The notes: generated by a model not told the origin, from the letters alone. Positions 10,456-22,045 are shown, counted from the whole stretch's first letter. The stretch: DNA of 63,837 nt, filler included, from Globobulimina sp. (GCA_003354225.1; 26 parts of 26 records of this genome joined end to end with filler, not necessarily neighbours in it); one strand, 5' to 3'. Numbers and translations: made by a program.

Positions 10456-10564
10456 CCTTTATTATTTACATCTTTTTATTATTTACAACGACAATATTTT
10501 TGTGTTTTTCTTTATTACGATAATTTGACCATCCCTCCGCTCAAACTCCACACAGTGCAAGAAA

Positions 10565-11829
10565 ATGGCAGGAAGAGACGTGTACATCGTAGAATGCGTT
10601 CGTAGTCCACTAACCAAAGGCAAAAAGGGTGGCGCACTCTCAACAGTCCGCCCCGTTGATTTATTAGCCTCGCAACTATCGCAAGTCGTAAAACGTGCCA
10701 ACTTGGACCCTAAATACGTAGAAGACGTCGTGTGTGGCTGTGTGACCCCCGTCAACCAACAAGGCGGCAACATCGCTCGTTTGGGGTTATTGAAAGCCGG
10801 CTATCCATTCCAAGTCCCAGGTGTCCAACTAAACCGAATGTGCGGTTCCGCACAACAGGCCATACATTTCGTAGCGCAGGAAATCGCCTCTGGCGATATG
10901 GAAATTGGCGTTGCCTGCGGCATAGAAATGATGTCTGTCGAGAAAATGGGCAAAGACTTTCCCGTGCCGGCCTTCATGAAAATAATTACAGATTTCCCAT
11001 ATAAATTAGTGCCACAAGTTGAGCCAAAGAAAATTCCCACAAAATCACACAAAAAACATACATATCACAGGGTGTGTCCGCGGAGAAAATGGCCATCAAA
11101 TATGGTGTCACCAGGCAAGAATGCGACGAATTGGCCTTTGAATCGCATCGCCGGTGTGGCGTAGCCAGAGATAAAGGATATTTTGATGGACAAATCGTGC
11201 CATTTACTGTATTGGATAAAAAGGCTCAAACCTCGACTGAAATATATCAGGATGAAGGCATCCGGTACCCTCCAAATATGAAATCCATACAGAAATTGCG
11301 GACTGTGTTTAAAAAAAATGGGGTGGTGACCGCTGGCAATGCCTCGCAAATAACGGATGGTTCCTCCGCTGTATTGTTAGCGTCAGCGGCTGCGGTGAGG
11401 AAGTTTGCTTTGAAGGTACGTGCGCGGATCATATCGCGTGTGGTGGTGGGCAGTGATCCCATTTTGATGTTGGACGGTGTGATCGCTGCGACACAGAAAG
11501 CATTGGATAGGGTTGGAATGAGTGTGGCTGATATTGATTTGTTTGAGATCAACGAGGCTTTTGCAGTGGTGCCCATTGCCTGGAGAAAGACGCTCGGTGT
11601 GGATTGGAAGAAGGCGAATGTAAATGGCGGTGCGTGTGCCCATGGACATCCGCTGGGTGCGACGGGCTGTGTGTTGATGACAAAGTTGGTGAATGATTTG
11701 GAGAGAGGGAATAAAAGATATGGTCTACAGACCATGTGCATTGGATGGGGCATGGCCACTGCCACTATCATTGAAAAAACGGATAAAATATTGCCGGAAA
11801 GAAGGAATAATATCTATTCCAAATTATAA
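10565..11829 (+). CDS. Acetyl-CoA C-acyltransferase (thiolase) with PTS1; exons 10565-11017 and 11071-11829
   Basis: NRMCGS, NEAF, GHPLGATG, MCIGWG; the 53-nt GT-AG intron restores LVPQGVSAE; ends SKL*. Confidence 0.95.
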
Positions 11830-11983
11830 GATAAACAAACTTTGTGTTTCTCAGATTGATATTCCGTGTCTGCTGTTTTGTAGACATTTTTGCTCAGATT
11901 GATTTCTTAGTGTTTTGAAGAAGAAGAATAAAGTTTAAAATCTTTAACAAAAATCCTAAAGCATCCAACCACTACAAAAATAA

Positions 11984-12205
11984 ATGACTGCGTATGCACA
12001 GCTTTTATTTGCACAACAAACATTCGACTGCCATACTGATGATCCAAATCAATGCATTCAAGTTCAGAAAATAATCACTGCATTGGATATTTATGAAAAT
12101 AATGATTCAGAAACATTCACTCATTTTATCTATGAGCAATATCAGCACATCCATTGTTTAAACGGTATTATTCATTTAAAAACAAAGCACATTGATAAAA
12201 TAAAT
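11984..12205 (+). CDS. Hypothetical protein of a lineage-expanded Cys/His family, truncated
   Basis: CHTDDPNQCIQVQKIITALDIY...CLNGIIHLKTKH; open to contig end. Confidence 0.45.
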
Positions 12206-12305
12206 NNNNNNNNNNNNNNNNNNNNNNNNNNNNNNNNNNNNNNNNNNNNTTAATTAATTAANNNNNNNNNNNNNNNNNNNNNNNNNNNNNNNNNNNNNNN
12301 NNNNN

Positions 12306-12696
12306 TAATATCAATTTATATGTTGCAATGAATTCAGGACATTGGGTGATGTGCGATGGAATTTGGAGATTTGAAGGTGTTTTATTTTAAAATTCAGTTT
12401 GAAACTATGTCATTTTGGGTTTTCAGTTTCAAACTGAAAATACATGCAAATCATATCAGTTTGAAACTAAAATCCCAAAAATATCTAATTAAATATAATT
12501 TTAGTTTCAAACTGATATGATTTGCATGTATTTTCAGTTTGAAACTGAATCCCAAAAATAAATGCAAAAAATATAATCATAACCCAAAATGACATAGTTT
12601 CAAACTGAATTTCAAAATAAAACACCTTCAAATCTCCAAATTCCATCGCACATCACCCAATGTCCTGAATTCATTGCAACATATAAATTGATATTA
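12306..12696. repeat. Nested inverted repeat with six AGTTT(G/C)AAACT palindromes
   Basis: Outer arms ~12306-12421 and ~12581-12696; inner arms ~12422-12473 and ~12498-12549; motif at 12396, 12425, 12458, 12503, 12536, 12596 (a seventh at 12914). Confidence 0.92.
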
Positions 12697-12842
12697 ACTC
12701 CAAAATCACTCCGCCGTAATAAATCAATGTCGTTAATACGACCTGGTTCACCTCCATGGCAATGATAACATCTTCCAAATCCCGAATGAACTGTTAAAAA
12801 ATTAACCGTATGCTTTTTTGATCTCCCGTTGTAATATTCCAT
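12612..12842 (-). CDS. Orphan 76-aa protein; its 3' part is duplicated on the + strand at 12306-12390
   Basis: ATG-initiated, intronless, CYHCH motif; the stop is followed closely by an AGTTTGAAACT palindrome. Confidence 0.45.
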   Translation of the reverse strand: MEYYNGRSKKHTVNFLTVHSGFGRCYHCHGGEPGRINDIDLLRRSDFGVNINLYVAMNSGHWVMCDGIWRFEGVLF

Positions 12843-12923
12843 TTGTTGTCGCGGCGGTTTTACAATACTGACCTATATTTTTTGTATTTTAGTATTCAAA
12901 AATAAATAGAGTCAGTTTCAAAC

Positions 12924-13337
12924 TCAAAGAAACTTAACATTATGCCCGTCCATCATCCATACGGCCCGATCGAATTTCCCTTCAAACACACCAGCTCCAA
13001 CCAACCCGTTGTACTCAATTGAACCCGCAAATGGTAATACAATTTCGTTTCCTCTCAATTTGAGAAATATTTCCAAAATTAAGTATGAATCCAAATAAAT
13101 TATCGATTTACATAAACCCCAAGTAATTTCCAACATTTTTATGTTGAAATCTCGTAATATCATTAATGCCATTAAGCTGCGATCATGCGGCGTCAATCTG
13201 AAACGTCGCCCATTATTTGACAACCGTAATATTCCCCCATTGATCCAATCTTTAATGCTCTCCTTCGTATATCGTAATATTGGCTTTATAATATCCAAAT
13301 ATTTGCGTTTAATAAATGCATATATAGTCAAATCCAA
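12924..13337 (-). CDS. Orphan protein (up to 137 aa, start uncertain)
   Basis: Long ORF in AT-rich DNA; stop codon overlaps an AGTTTGAAACT palindrome. Confidence 0.4.
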   Translation of the reverse strand: MDLTIYAFIKRKYLDIIKPILRYTKESIKDWINGGILRLSNNGRRFRLTPHDRSLMALMILRDFNIKMLEITWGLCKSIIYLDSYLILEIFLKLRGNEIVLPFAGSIEYNGLVGAGVFEGKFDRAVWMMDGHNVKFL

Positions 13338-13921
13338 ATAAACTGATAAATTGAGTGCTATTATTTAAATGTAATGCCTTTGATGATATTAATGGTATCC
13401 TTTTCTTGTACTTTGCGGCAAATAAACGCGGCTCGACGAGATATAATGAGACTAATAATAGTAACATTATGATGTTACGCTGACACACAGGCATAGCGAA
13501 TTAAGACCTGTTCGATAGGATTGTGACTATTGTTGAAAAGCGTTTTTGAACTGACAAAAAAACCTGTACTTATCGGAAAGCCCTAATTACCCCTATCATT
13601 GGAAATGAAATTTGTCTTGAAATCACATAAATAATTGTATTGGCTTTGGATAATATTTATTTGCAATATCAAACTCAAAATATTGGGAAACGACATGATG
13701 AAGAACCTAGCTTTTCAGTCAAAAGATTTTGTCGATAGCCACTTATTCACTAATAAAGCAGACGATATTATGGATTACAAAAAGTGAAATATAAAGATGA
13801 AAATGGCATTTGTAAATTCGAGATAGATATACCACATATTGCAATGACAATGGACTTGATTTACACATTTTTGATTTACATAATAACTCATAATAACTCA
13901 AATATTTTCGCCGAATGGATC

Positions 13922-14509
13922 ATGGACAAACTGCCAAAAGAACTAACATCATTGATAAAAGAGTATGCAATGGAGCCAGACATCAGAGTGGCAATAATTG
14001 GAAATGACAAAAGTGGAAAACATTCATTTGTTGATCGCTGTTTTGAAAATAAAGCCGTTGCCAAAAACGAAAACATTGTCATAGAGAAATTGGAAATGAA
14101 TTCATCACTCTGTTCGCCATTAATTCAATTTGTAATTCTATCTGCATCGAACCTAAATGATAATATAAAATCACACCAATCAAATGAATTATTAATATCA
14201 TTGGAGACGACATATGATCTCATTCTGCTCTTTTATGATATAACAAATCCTGATTACGCTTACATTGACAGTTTATTTGCAATGCAAAATTTTAAAAATC
14301 CGTCGAAATGGTTAATCGTTTCCAAATCAGATACTAATCCACTTCGAGATTGGATGTCAACCACACTCGAATGCACAAAATTAATGTATCTCTGCAAAAT
14401 GGAAGGTACACCATTTATAATTTCATCCAAAACACATCAAAATATTGACGAAGTGAAACATGCATTGTGTACATATTGTGCGGAGTTGAAATCCAAACAA
14501 TCATGTTAG
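13922..14509 (+). CDS. Divergent Ras-superfamily small GTPase-like protein
   Basis: IRVAIIGNDKSGKHS (G1), LILLFYDIT, LIVSKSD (G4), ISSKTHQNIDEV (G5); likely start MDKLPKEL. Confidence 0.7.
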   Translation: MDKLPKELTSLIKEYAMEPDIRVAIIGNDKSGKHSFVDRCFENKAVAKNENIVIEKLEMNSSLCSPLIQFVILSASNLNDNIKSHQSNELLISLETTYDLILLFYDITNPDYAYIDSLFAMQNFKNPSKWLIVSKSDTNPLRDWMSTTLECTKLMYLCKMEGTPFIISSKTHQNIDEVKHALCTYCAELKSKQSC

Positions 14510-14765
14510 AGATGTTACCCTTTATAATTAATATATTTAATATTAATATTTATAGTAAAACATAGAAAATTTTTCTACTACAAACTTACTTCAGTTAAAA
14601 TCATGATGGATTTCACCAGCAGCAGCCATCCAACTCGATTCATCTCGATGGCAGCATCATCATTANNNNNNNNNNNNNNNNNNNNNNNNNNNNNNNNNNN
14701 NNNNNNNNNTTAATTAATTAANNNNNNNNNNNNNNNNNNNNNNNNNNNNNNNNNNNNNNNNNNNN

Positions 14766-15279
14766 GGCGCAGTTGGATGTGTGTATGGGTGGGCGTGCTG
14801 GCGAGGAGATTTATAGCGGACGCGAGCAAATCACAACGGGCGCGAGTTCTGATTTCAATCAGGCGACGCGCATCGCGACGCATATGGTGTGCCAGTACGG
14901 AATGAGCGAGATGGTAGGAAGGGTTTATTATAACTTGCAAGATATTAATAAGTTGTCGCCGGAGCTACAGAACGTGATCAATAAGGAAGTGCGGCGCTTG
15001 TTGGATGAGAGCTATTTTCGCGCCAAATCGCTGATTTTGGTGCATGAGAAAGAGTGGAAGTTGTTGGCCAATGCGTTGTTGGACAATGAGACGTTGAGTG
15101 GACAGGAAATCAAACGGATTATTAACTATCAGGCGAGTCAACGGATTGAGCCGAAGGACTTTGTGTTGGCGGAGAAGAAAAACAATGTGAAATCCATATC
15201 GTTGTCGACTGGCAAAAAAAATAAAAAGAAGAATAATGAACCGTTTGACGAAGATATGCGATTGAATACACATGTTTGA
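14766..15279 (+). CDS. YME1/FtsH-family AAA metalloprotease, C-terminal peptidase M41 region (5'-truncated)
   Basis: LDVCMGGRAGEE..ITTGASSDFNQATRIA..MVCQYGMS..LANALLDNETLSGQEI. Confidence 0.92.
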
Positions 15280-15453
15280 GTTGCTTTGATTTTTTGTTTT
15301 TGACGCATTGTTTTATTTTTTTTCCTTTATCCTTGCTTTTGAAAGTAATTTAAAATTTGCATTTTGCATTTTTTTTACGTTTGCATAATTATTTTACAGT
15401 ACATAAATGTTTTTTTTTTGAGCATAAGTTAGAACGCATTATTGTATCTAACC

Positions 15454-16371
15454 ATGGCATTCCTATTGGCAGAGCTAGGATACGTCAGTATCATCATAAC
15501 AGCCATGTGTGTGCTGATACAATTATCACTGATTACGCATTTAATCCACAGCACCAAAAAAAAACTACCACAGTTATCTATAATGGTAGCATATGCATCA
15601 TGTATCGGATATTGTTTATATTCATTCAACACATTAATCCTATCCATATATGCTGTATCCGTACCAAGTTCACATTTTGATGCTGCAGCAATCTGTACAT
15701 ATCGTTATTGCACGCCAGCATTTTTTCAAATTGGCAAGATTTCCATGTTATTATTTTATTTGGCTCGATTACATGACATATTCCACGAAACTAGCTTCGG
15801 ATATAATCCATATGGGATAAAAATCTTTGCTGTATTCATAACCATCGGATTCTCAACGTCTGCAATATGTTTTATAATCGTTGTAATTTCTGGTTTTCAG
15901 AAAGCTGGCAGCGATGTTGCAACCTACCAATCATTTGGTGACTGTTTGAACGCAATAAACCAAGCTCATAATCGCATTTTGTTAACCACCATAGGCATTG
16001 CATCCAATTTATTGGTTGACCTCATATCGTCCATCATCATTCTTAGGTATTTTATACATTTTAACTTCTACGGAAACACTCTAATTTTTCCACGTTGTTG
16101 TACTGGTTGACCGGAAAGGTTATTTTTGAAGAAATTGATACTTTTATCGCTAGCTTATGATTCATTCAATTTTACGTCGAAATTACAGAAACAGAAAAAC
16201 GAACGGTTTATGAGATTGATGCTGAAAACAACGAATTTAGTGATAATAAGTGTAGCCAGTGAGTATTTATTAATATTTGTAAATTCCTCAATATTCCCAC
16301 AGTGCTCACTCCAACAAAACATTTCAATTTCATGTCTTATTTCAAATTCATCCACAAATGGGAATATATGA
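15454..16371 (+). CDS. GPCR-like multi-pass membrane protein; intron ~16047-16118; 3' end probably chimeric
   Basis: Several TM helices, LFYLARLHDIFHETSFGY, spliced IILRLFLKKL, then LMLKTTNLVIISV. Confidence 0.6.
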
Positions 16372-17030
16372 TGACAGTACCAATAGATCTCAAAGTATTT
16401 AACATCAGTAAGCAATAAGAAGCAATCCAATGCAACGCATGACCAACATGCAACACTCCACGATGACACAAATTGATTCTGCAAAAATACCAATAAAACC
16501 ACATCATACATCACTACAAATAACGCCAACAAAGTTTTGAGCCATCGTAATTTTGTTGTACGTATATTGTATCCCGCTGCGTGTTGAATATCTGTCCAAT
16601 TTACATTCTGTAAGCCATGTTTGTTGCAATTATGCAGCTCCGCAAAATGATCTATTTTCGCTACTAAAGCATTGTCAATTTGGTCTGAAAACATAGCCGT
16701 TAAATAATAATTTACCACAACAATTCGTCTCTTGATCTCTTGTATTTTCGTATTGTTTACAATGTATTTCAATAAATGCAGTGTGTGCGGTTTTGTGTCA
16801 TTGCAATCTGTAAATAGTCGAGGAATGCCGCCATATTCTTGTCCCCAATGTAGAGAATAAAAAGAAAAGCTAGGAAAGACCATTACAAATATGATTGCTG
16901 TGAAGGTGTAGCCAATCAAACATAAGCACCATTCACAAGCTCTGTACCTTTCTAATTTCTCTTTATGTTTTTCTTCATACATTTTACAGCTTACAAATAA
17001 TAATAAAAATATGAAGTGTGGTGTCAACAT
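16155..17030 (-). CDS. Multi-pass membrane hypothetical protein (internal/partial)
   Basis: 291-aa ORF with several hydrophobic segments; overlaps the opposite-strand gene at its 3' end. Confidence 0.5.
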   Translation of the reverse strand: MLTPHFIFLLLFVSCKMYEEKHKEKLERYRACEWCLCLIGYTFTAIIFVMVFPSFSFYSLHWGQEYGGIPRLFTDCNDTKPHTLHLLKYIVNNTKIQEIKRRIVVVNYYLTAMFSDQIDNALVAKIDHFAELHNCNKHGLQNVNWTDIQHAAGYNIRTTKLRWLKTLLALFVVMYDVVLLVFLQNQFVSSWSVACWSCVALDCFLLLTDVKYFEIYWYCHHIFPFVDEFEIRHEIEMFCWSEHCGNIEEFTNINKYSLATLIITKFVVFSINLINRSFFCFCNFDVKLNES

Positions 17031-17225
17031 TAAACATATTCGGTTGCCATTGAATATATTATTATGTAATAGTTGGTCAAAAAATGCAATTAATACAATT
17101 AGTCCATATATATCTGAATCAAAATNNNNNNNNNNNNNNNNNNNNNNNNNNNNNNNNNNNNNNNNNNNNTTAATTAATTAANNNNNNNNNNNNNNNNNNN
17201 NNNNNNNNNNNNNNNNNNNNNNNNN

Positions 17226-17689
17226 GGAACGAGTATGGTACGCAAGATGTGATGATCTATGTGGACAGCGGCAAGATTACCATTATTGATGAGTTATGTA
17301 ATGATTTTAATATGACGGCTGCACACGATTTGAACCGTACCACCGATGGAGATGTTAATAATATATCACTCGGCTTTATACGACCGGATAAATATAACTC
17401 CGGCTACAGGATTGGATTTAAATACATTGAAGCGTATCAATTGCCGATTGCGTATGGCGGGCAAATTGCGAATGAAAATGCAGAGAGTAAGGTAGTGGTT
17501 GATATATTAGATATTTATCCGTATGTTGTTGCGACTGCCACACCAACGACAGCGACAAAGGCCACATCAACAACAAAAGGAACAGAAACAACAACAAAAG
17601 ACGTAGCAGGAGGCACAGGCACACCGACAACAGAAAAGAGCGTTTTTTGTTTGAGTTTGTTTTTGTGGTGTTTGATTATTTTAACATAG
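17226..17689 (+). CDS. C-terminus of a surface protein with Thr-rich stalk and hydrophobic (GPI-signal-like) tail
   Basis: ATATPTTATKATSTTKGTETTTK followed by SVFCLSLFLWCLIILT*. Confidence 0.55.
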
Positions 17690-17850
17690 ATATGTATATT
17701 TTATGTATTATTTGTATATATTAATTAATATTCCATTTTCGATAGCATCTACCCTTTTTTTTTTGATTTCTCAAAGTTTCCACTTCTTTAAAGCTTTTTG
17801 TAAACCCTGGGATTGATTTAGAATCAAACTGATCGATTATACAAATCTGA

Positions 17851-19527
17851 CTAATTTAATTTAAAAGCTTTATCAATATTTGCCCGACACATAGGACATT
17901 CATTGACTTTTTGAACACATATTCCACAAAGAAAATGTCCACATGGAATTAATACTGTATCCTTTTCATTTGTCATACACACCCGGCAATCGTACTTATT
18001 TTCATATTGTAAGGCAATGGCTTTTTGTACATTTTGTAATGAGGATAACAAATTTGATTCCAATTTATGTAATTCATGGATTGATAATTTCTTTAATTCA
18101 TACATAACACCACGGGATAAATCCAATTCTTTTTTATTTGAAATTATTGTTTGTTTTATTTTTTTTAATTCCATTTCATTTTCTTTATATTTTTTTTCCA
18201 TTCCATTACAATCTCTTTTTAAACATTCCCATTTTTGTTTGAATGTTGCACTGATTTTTGTTTGTAATTCCAATTTATTTTGCAATAATTCTAATTTGTT
18301 ATTTCCTTTAATACTCTTATTCTTACCACAAATGTTAACACTTTTAGACCTGTTATAATTACCTTTGATTTTATTACCATTGGATTTCACAATTGGTTTC
18401 TTCGAAAATTGATTAAAAAATGCCCATTTCGGATTGTTATTATTATTTGCATTTAGTTTGTTATTTTTTTCTCTGAACGCATCCATTAAAGTGATACTAT
18501 TTAAGGTTTGTTGTATTGATATTACCACATAAAAATGACAATGTTTATCGCATTCCATTAATTGATCAAAATTATAAACAGCAACACCTAAATTCTGACC
18601 ATTTAATTTATATTCTAATACATAATTTTTACAATCAACAATTAATTCAATCTCATCTCCAGATTTCCAGTGTGATCCATTTCCATAATTATTTCTTAAA
18701 CATATTGCATACATCTCATCCATGGACAGCCACAAACAAACATATTTATTACGAGAAATTTGAGGCTGTCCATGCTGAATATGCACATTTGCAAAATTAT
18801 TGTTGTAACAGTACCTTAATGGAGCATGCGAATGCCATATATCAGTGCCATAATACCATCCCATCGAATGCTGATTTGATGCATGCCACGCAATTGCTTT
18901 ATTTCTCGACAACAGCGGGCACTCAGACGATATTATTCCAATCCCAATCCATGGTTTGCCTCTTTCCACAATATTTGATAACAAAAAAGTATATTTAAAC
19001 TTCCTTCCAATCATCGGTTCTAAGCTAACAATACTCGAATATTCACCACTTACTTTTGTAATTTGTGTAGTGGATATACCTGATTCTACTTTAAAATGTG
19101 AATGTGATTTCCAACGAACACTTATAGCATCCCATGCATTGTCACATACTGCAACATCATTGACTTTATTATCCTCATTCTCTGAACTCTCAACAGTTAA
19201 TATTCTTTCTTGTGCTTTAATATCTTCTTGTATTTGAAGCCAGATATCATTTTCTTGTTCATTTTCATTGATAACAATGTCAACAATGTCGTCATCATTA
19301 TTTTTAAGTTCTGCACCTGGTTCACTCAGAATTTGCTCCACTTCTATTTGATGGATGCGATCATGATCATCTTTTACTGATTCTTTCTGTATTTGTCCTT
19401 CTTTTGGATGCGAGCAGGCATCGCATACTTGGACACTCCCATTGAAATATTGACACATTGAACAGACCCAACAGGCACTTACAACATCTTCATTATTATA
19501 GTTTAGAATGGTTAATGTTTGTGCCAT
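17851..19527 (-). CDS. RanBP2-type zinc finger, SPRY/B30.2, coiled coil and RING E3 ubiquitin ligase
   Basis: WVCSMC..CDAC; PWIGIGII, WKSGDEIELIVDC..LEYKLNGQNLGVA; CRVCMTNEKDTVLIPCGHFLCGIC..CPMCR. Confidence 0.88.
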   Translation of the reverse strand: MAQTLTILNYNNEDVVSACWVCSMCQYFNGSVQVCDACSHPKEGQIQKESVKDDHDRIHQIEVEQILSEPGAELKNNDDDIVDIVINENEQENDIWLQIQEDIKAQERILTVESSENEDNKVNDVAVCDNAWDAISVRWKSHSHFKVESGISTTQITKVSGEYSSIVSLEPMIGRKFKYTFLLSNIVERGKPWIGIGIISSECPLLSRNKAIAWHASNQHSMGWYYGTDIWHSHAPLRYCYNNNFANVHIQHGQPQISRNKYVCLWLSMDEMYAICLRNNYGNGSHWKSGDEIELIVDCKNYVLEYKLNGQNLGVAVYNFDQLMECDKHCHFYVVISIQQTLNSITLMDAFREKNNKLNANNNNNPKWAFFNQFSKKPIVKSNGNKIKGNYNRSKSVNICGKNKSIKGNNKLELLQNKLELQTKISATFKQKWECLKRDCNGMEKKYKENEMELKKIKQTIISNKKELDLSRGVMYELKKLSIHELHKLESNLLSSLQNVQKAIALQYENKYDCRVCMTNEKDTVLIPCGHFLCGICVQKVNECPMCRANIDKAFKLN

Positions 19528-19705
19528 GGTTTGAGCTATTTGAGATTGCCAGTATTTCGAAGATAAGTCGATAGATAATGAATTGNNNNNNNNNNNNNNN
19601 NNNNNNNNNNNNNNNNNNNNNNNNNNNNNTTAATTAATTAANNNNNNNNNNNNNNNNNNNNNNNNNNNNNNNNNNNNNNNNNNNNTATTTGGGCGTGACG
19701 CTCCT

Positions 19706-22045
19706 TTGCATGGACTCAACGAAACCTCCTCTGATGTCTCATCCGTAGGGAATATGAAAGATGACAATGAGAAATTATCCGCCTTGTTTATATTCGCAAA
19801 TAAATGTTTAGAATGCATCTCTGTCTATGTCTCATATCACGATATTCAGTCCACATTATCTCGCGCCATATTGCCGCGTCTAAACAAATCGCGTTCATTT
19901 TGGCATAAGAAGTATTTGATCCATGCTGCCATGGAAACTGCATTACAAAAACGGAGCTCCTCATCGAGTGTGTCCAATAAAAGAAGTTGTTTAACGCCCA
20001 ATATATTACGCTATATATTGCAATGTCCGTTTTTAAATAATGACAACATGACTGAGTTACATAAGAATGAGTTGATTGATTTAACCCAATTATTGATACA
20101 TAATTTATCCTTAATCCCGCAATCGGCCTCGAAATCGTTATTTGATAAGCACAAAATGAGTGATATTTTTATGATTCATGTGTTAGATTTTGAGGCTAAA
20201 AACGTACTGAAAGCCAAGGAAAAACCGGATTTATCCTCATTGGACAGACAATCCAAGAAATGGATTTACGCAGTCATCTATCAAGAGATTATCAATAATA
20301 ATGGCACGCAGTTACCACTATATATAGTTAAATCGTTTTCGACCACAATAAATATCATCTTCCAATCTGCAATCAATGAGGATGTATTAGGCGAGGATGT
20401 AAAAAATATTTTAATTTTATTGCAAGCATTGCAGAAATACGCAGTGTCGTTGGATGTGGATGACACAAATACGCATAAAGAGTATGGCGTTGTTATTCAT
20501 ACTTGGATACTATCATTGTTCTTTTGTTTGTGTCGTTGTTTCAATTCGTCTTCACCGTTGACCCAAGAATTAATGTCACGATTGAAAAATATTAAAAATC
20601 AGCGGATCAATGCACATCAAATGTGGTCCGGTTTCCTGTTGGATGAGTTTGGTTTGATTGAAACTGTAAATTCTCTAAATATGAAACAGAAATGTATGCG
20701 GAAAGAGTCCTCATTGCATGACGAGTCCATTCGGGTGCCATTTTCGCAAATATTTGGTATGAATACGCAACGAACAGATGATATGGAGACTGACAATGAG
20801 TTTGAAGAAGACTTAAAATTTCAAGACGACGATTCAGGCGAATCAGCTCCACCCCTTTATACCAGACAAAAGTCGCAATCTGTGCCCTCAAATGAGATCC
20901 ATATCAAACTGGAGACTGTCACACATTTGATACCATTCGATAAATTACTGCCGATCATCTGTAAATGTTTAAACATTGAAGAACAAAAACAATGGATTGC
21001 GGATATATTGGTGTCGAGTAAGAAATATTCTGTGATTTTCGATGCAGATTATACCGATTTATTTGCGTCACCGAATGTTTTTTCTCGTCCGGGATTCATA
21101 AATGAAGCATCGTCGGTACATAATTCAGAGAGTGGTGACTATGCCGCATCGGAGCGGAAACATCAATGGGATCAATCATCCATACCTTCTGAGGTATATT
21201 TTGGTGTCGATGTGTTTAAATTGCATGGATTGCAAGGAAACAAACACAGTTTAAAGAATCTATTTGATCACGACATGGATTCCAATTTGAAATTGAAATT
21301 AAGAAAAAATATTTTAACTAAAAAACAGATTGAAAAAATGAATGATTTCTATGATGTGATTGATGTTTATAATGCACAAACAGATCATCGCGATTTTGCA
21401 AATGATAAATTTTTCAATAATTTGCAAGAAAAAATTAGTGCCCAATCCGAGTGTAAACAGTTGCAGTTAACGAACACATTTGGATTTGACGATGGTTCCA
21501 ATGATGGCATTGTTGGTATTGATGAGGAACTCGATGATGATCAAAAAAAAAGAGATGATCCATATTCATCATTCAAGACACAGACACAAACACCGTCCTT
21601 ATTTAAGATCTCATATAAATCGAATGCAGATATCTTATCCAATTGCAATTATTCGCGCAAAAAATATGATAAATACGAGAATGAAGCAAATATTTACTTG
21701 TTGATTGACATGGATATGGATATAAATGATTATATGAAGGCGAATGAACAACAAATACCCAACGAGTCGTATAAAGGCACTACAATTTTGAACAAGGCTT
21801 TTGAATATCGATTAGGTTTGAAACAGTTCGATTTTGAGCAAGGATATAATTCCGTTGAATATGAGTTAGAAGGACTGAATTTCCATTACGTGGATCCCAA
21901 TGATGTGATGGACACTGCCTTTAATTACGCCAATCATCATCAGAATAATTATAATAATTATAATCCATATCATGCGCATATCGGAATGCATGGCTATGAT
22001 TATTATGAGAGTGAAATGTCTGACGATTCAGATGAAGAGCCATAT
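19706..22045 (+). CDS. Large hypothetical protein, internal fragment
   Basis: ORF spans the whole contig; helical N-half, acidic C-half; no recognised domain. Confidence 0.75.

Noticed and set aside
11018-11070. Programmed frameshift in the thiolase (also considered for the TRP, F-box and tectonin genes)
   Set aside because: Canonical short GT-AG introns restore the frame and the conserved motifs.
12396-12924. Integron attC cassette array
   Set aside because: The motifs are 11-bp self-palindromes without the RYYYAAC...GTTRRRY box arrangement, and no integrase is present.
13784-13921. N-terminal extension of the GTPase-like ORF
   Set aside because: Begins at GTG and looks like the remnant of an upstream gene plus intergenic DNA; an ATG at 13922 (or 13847) is more plausible.
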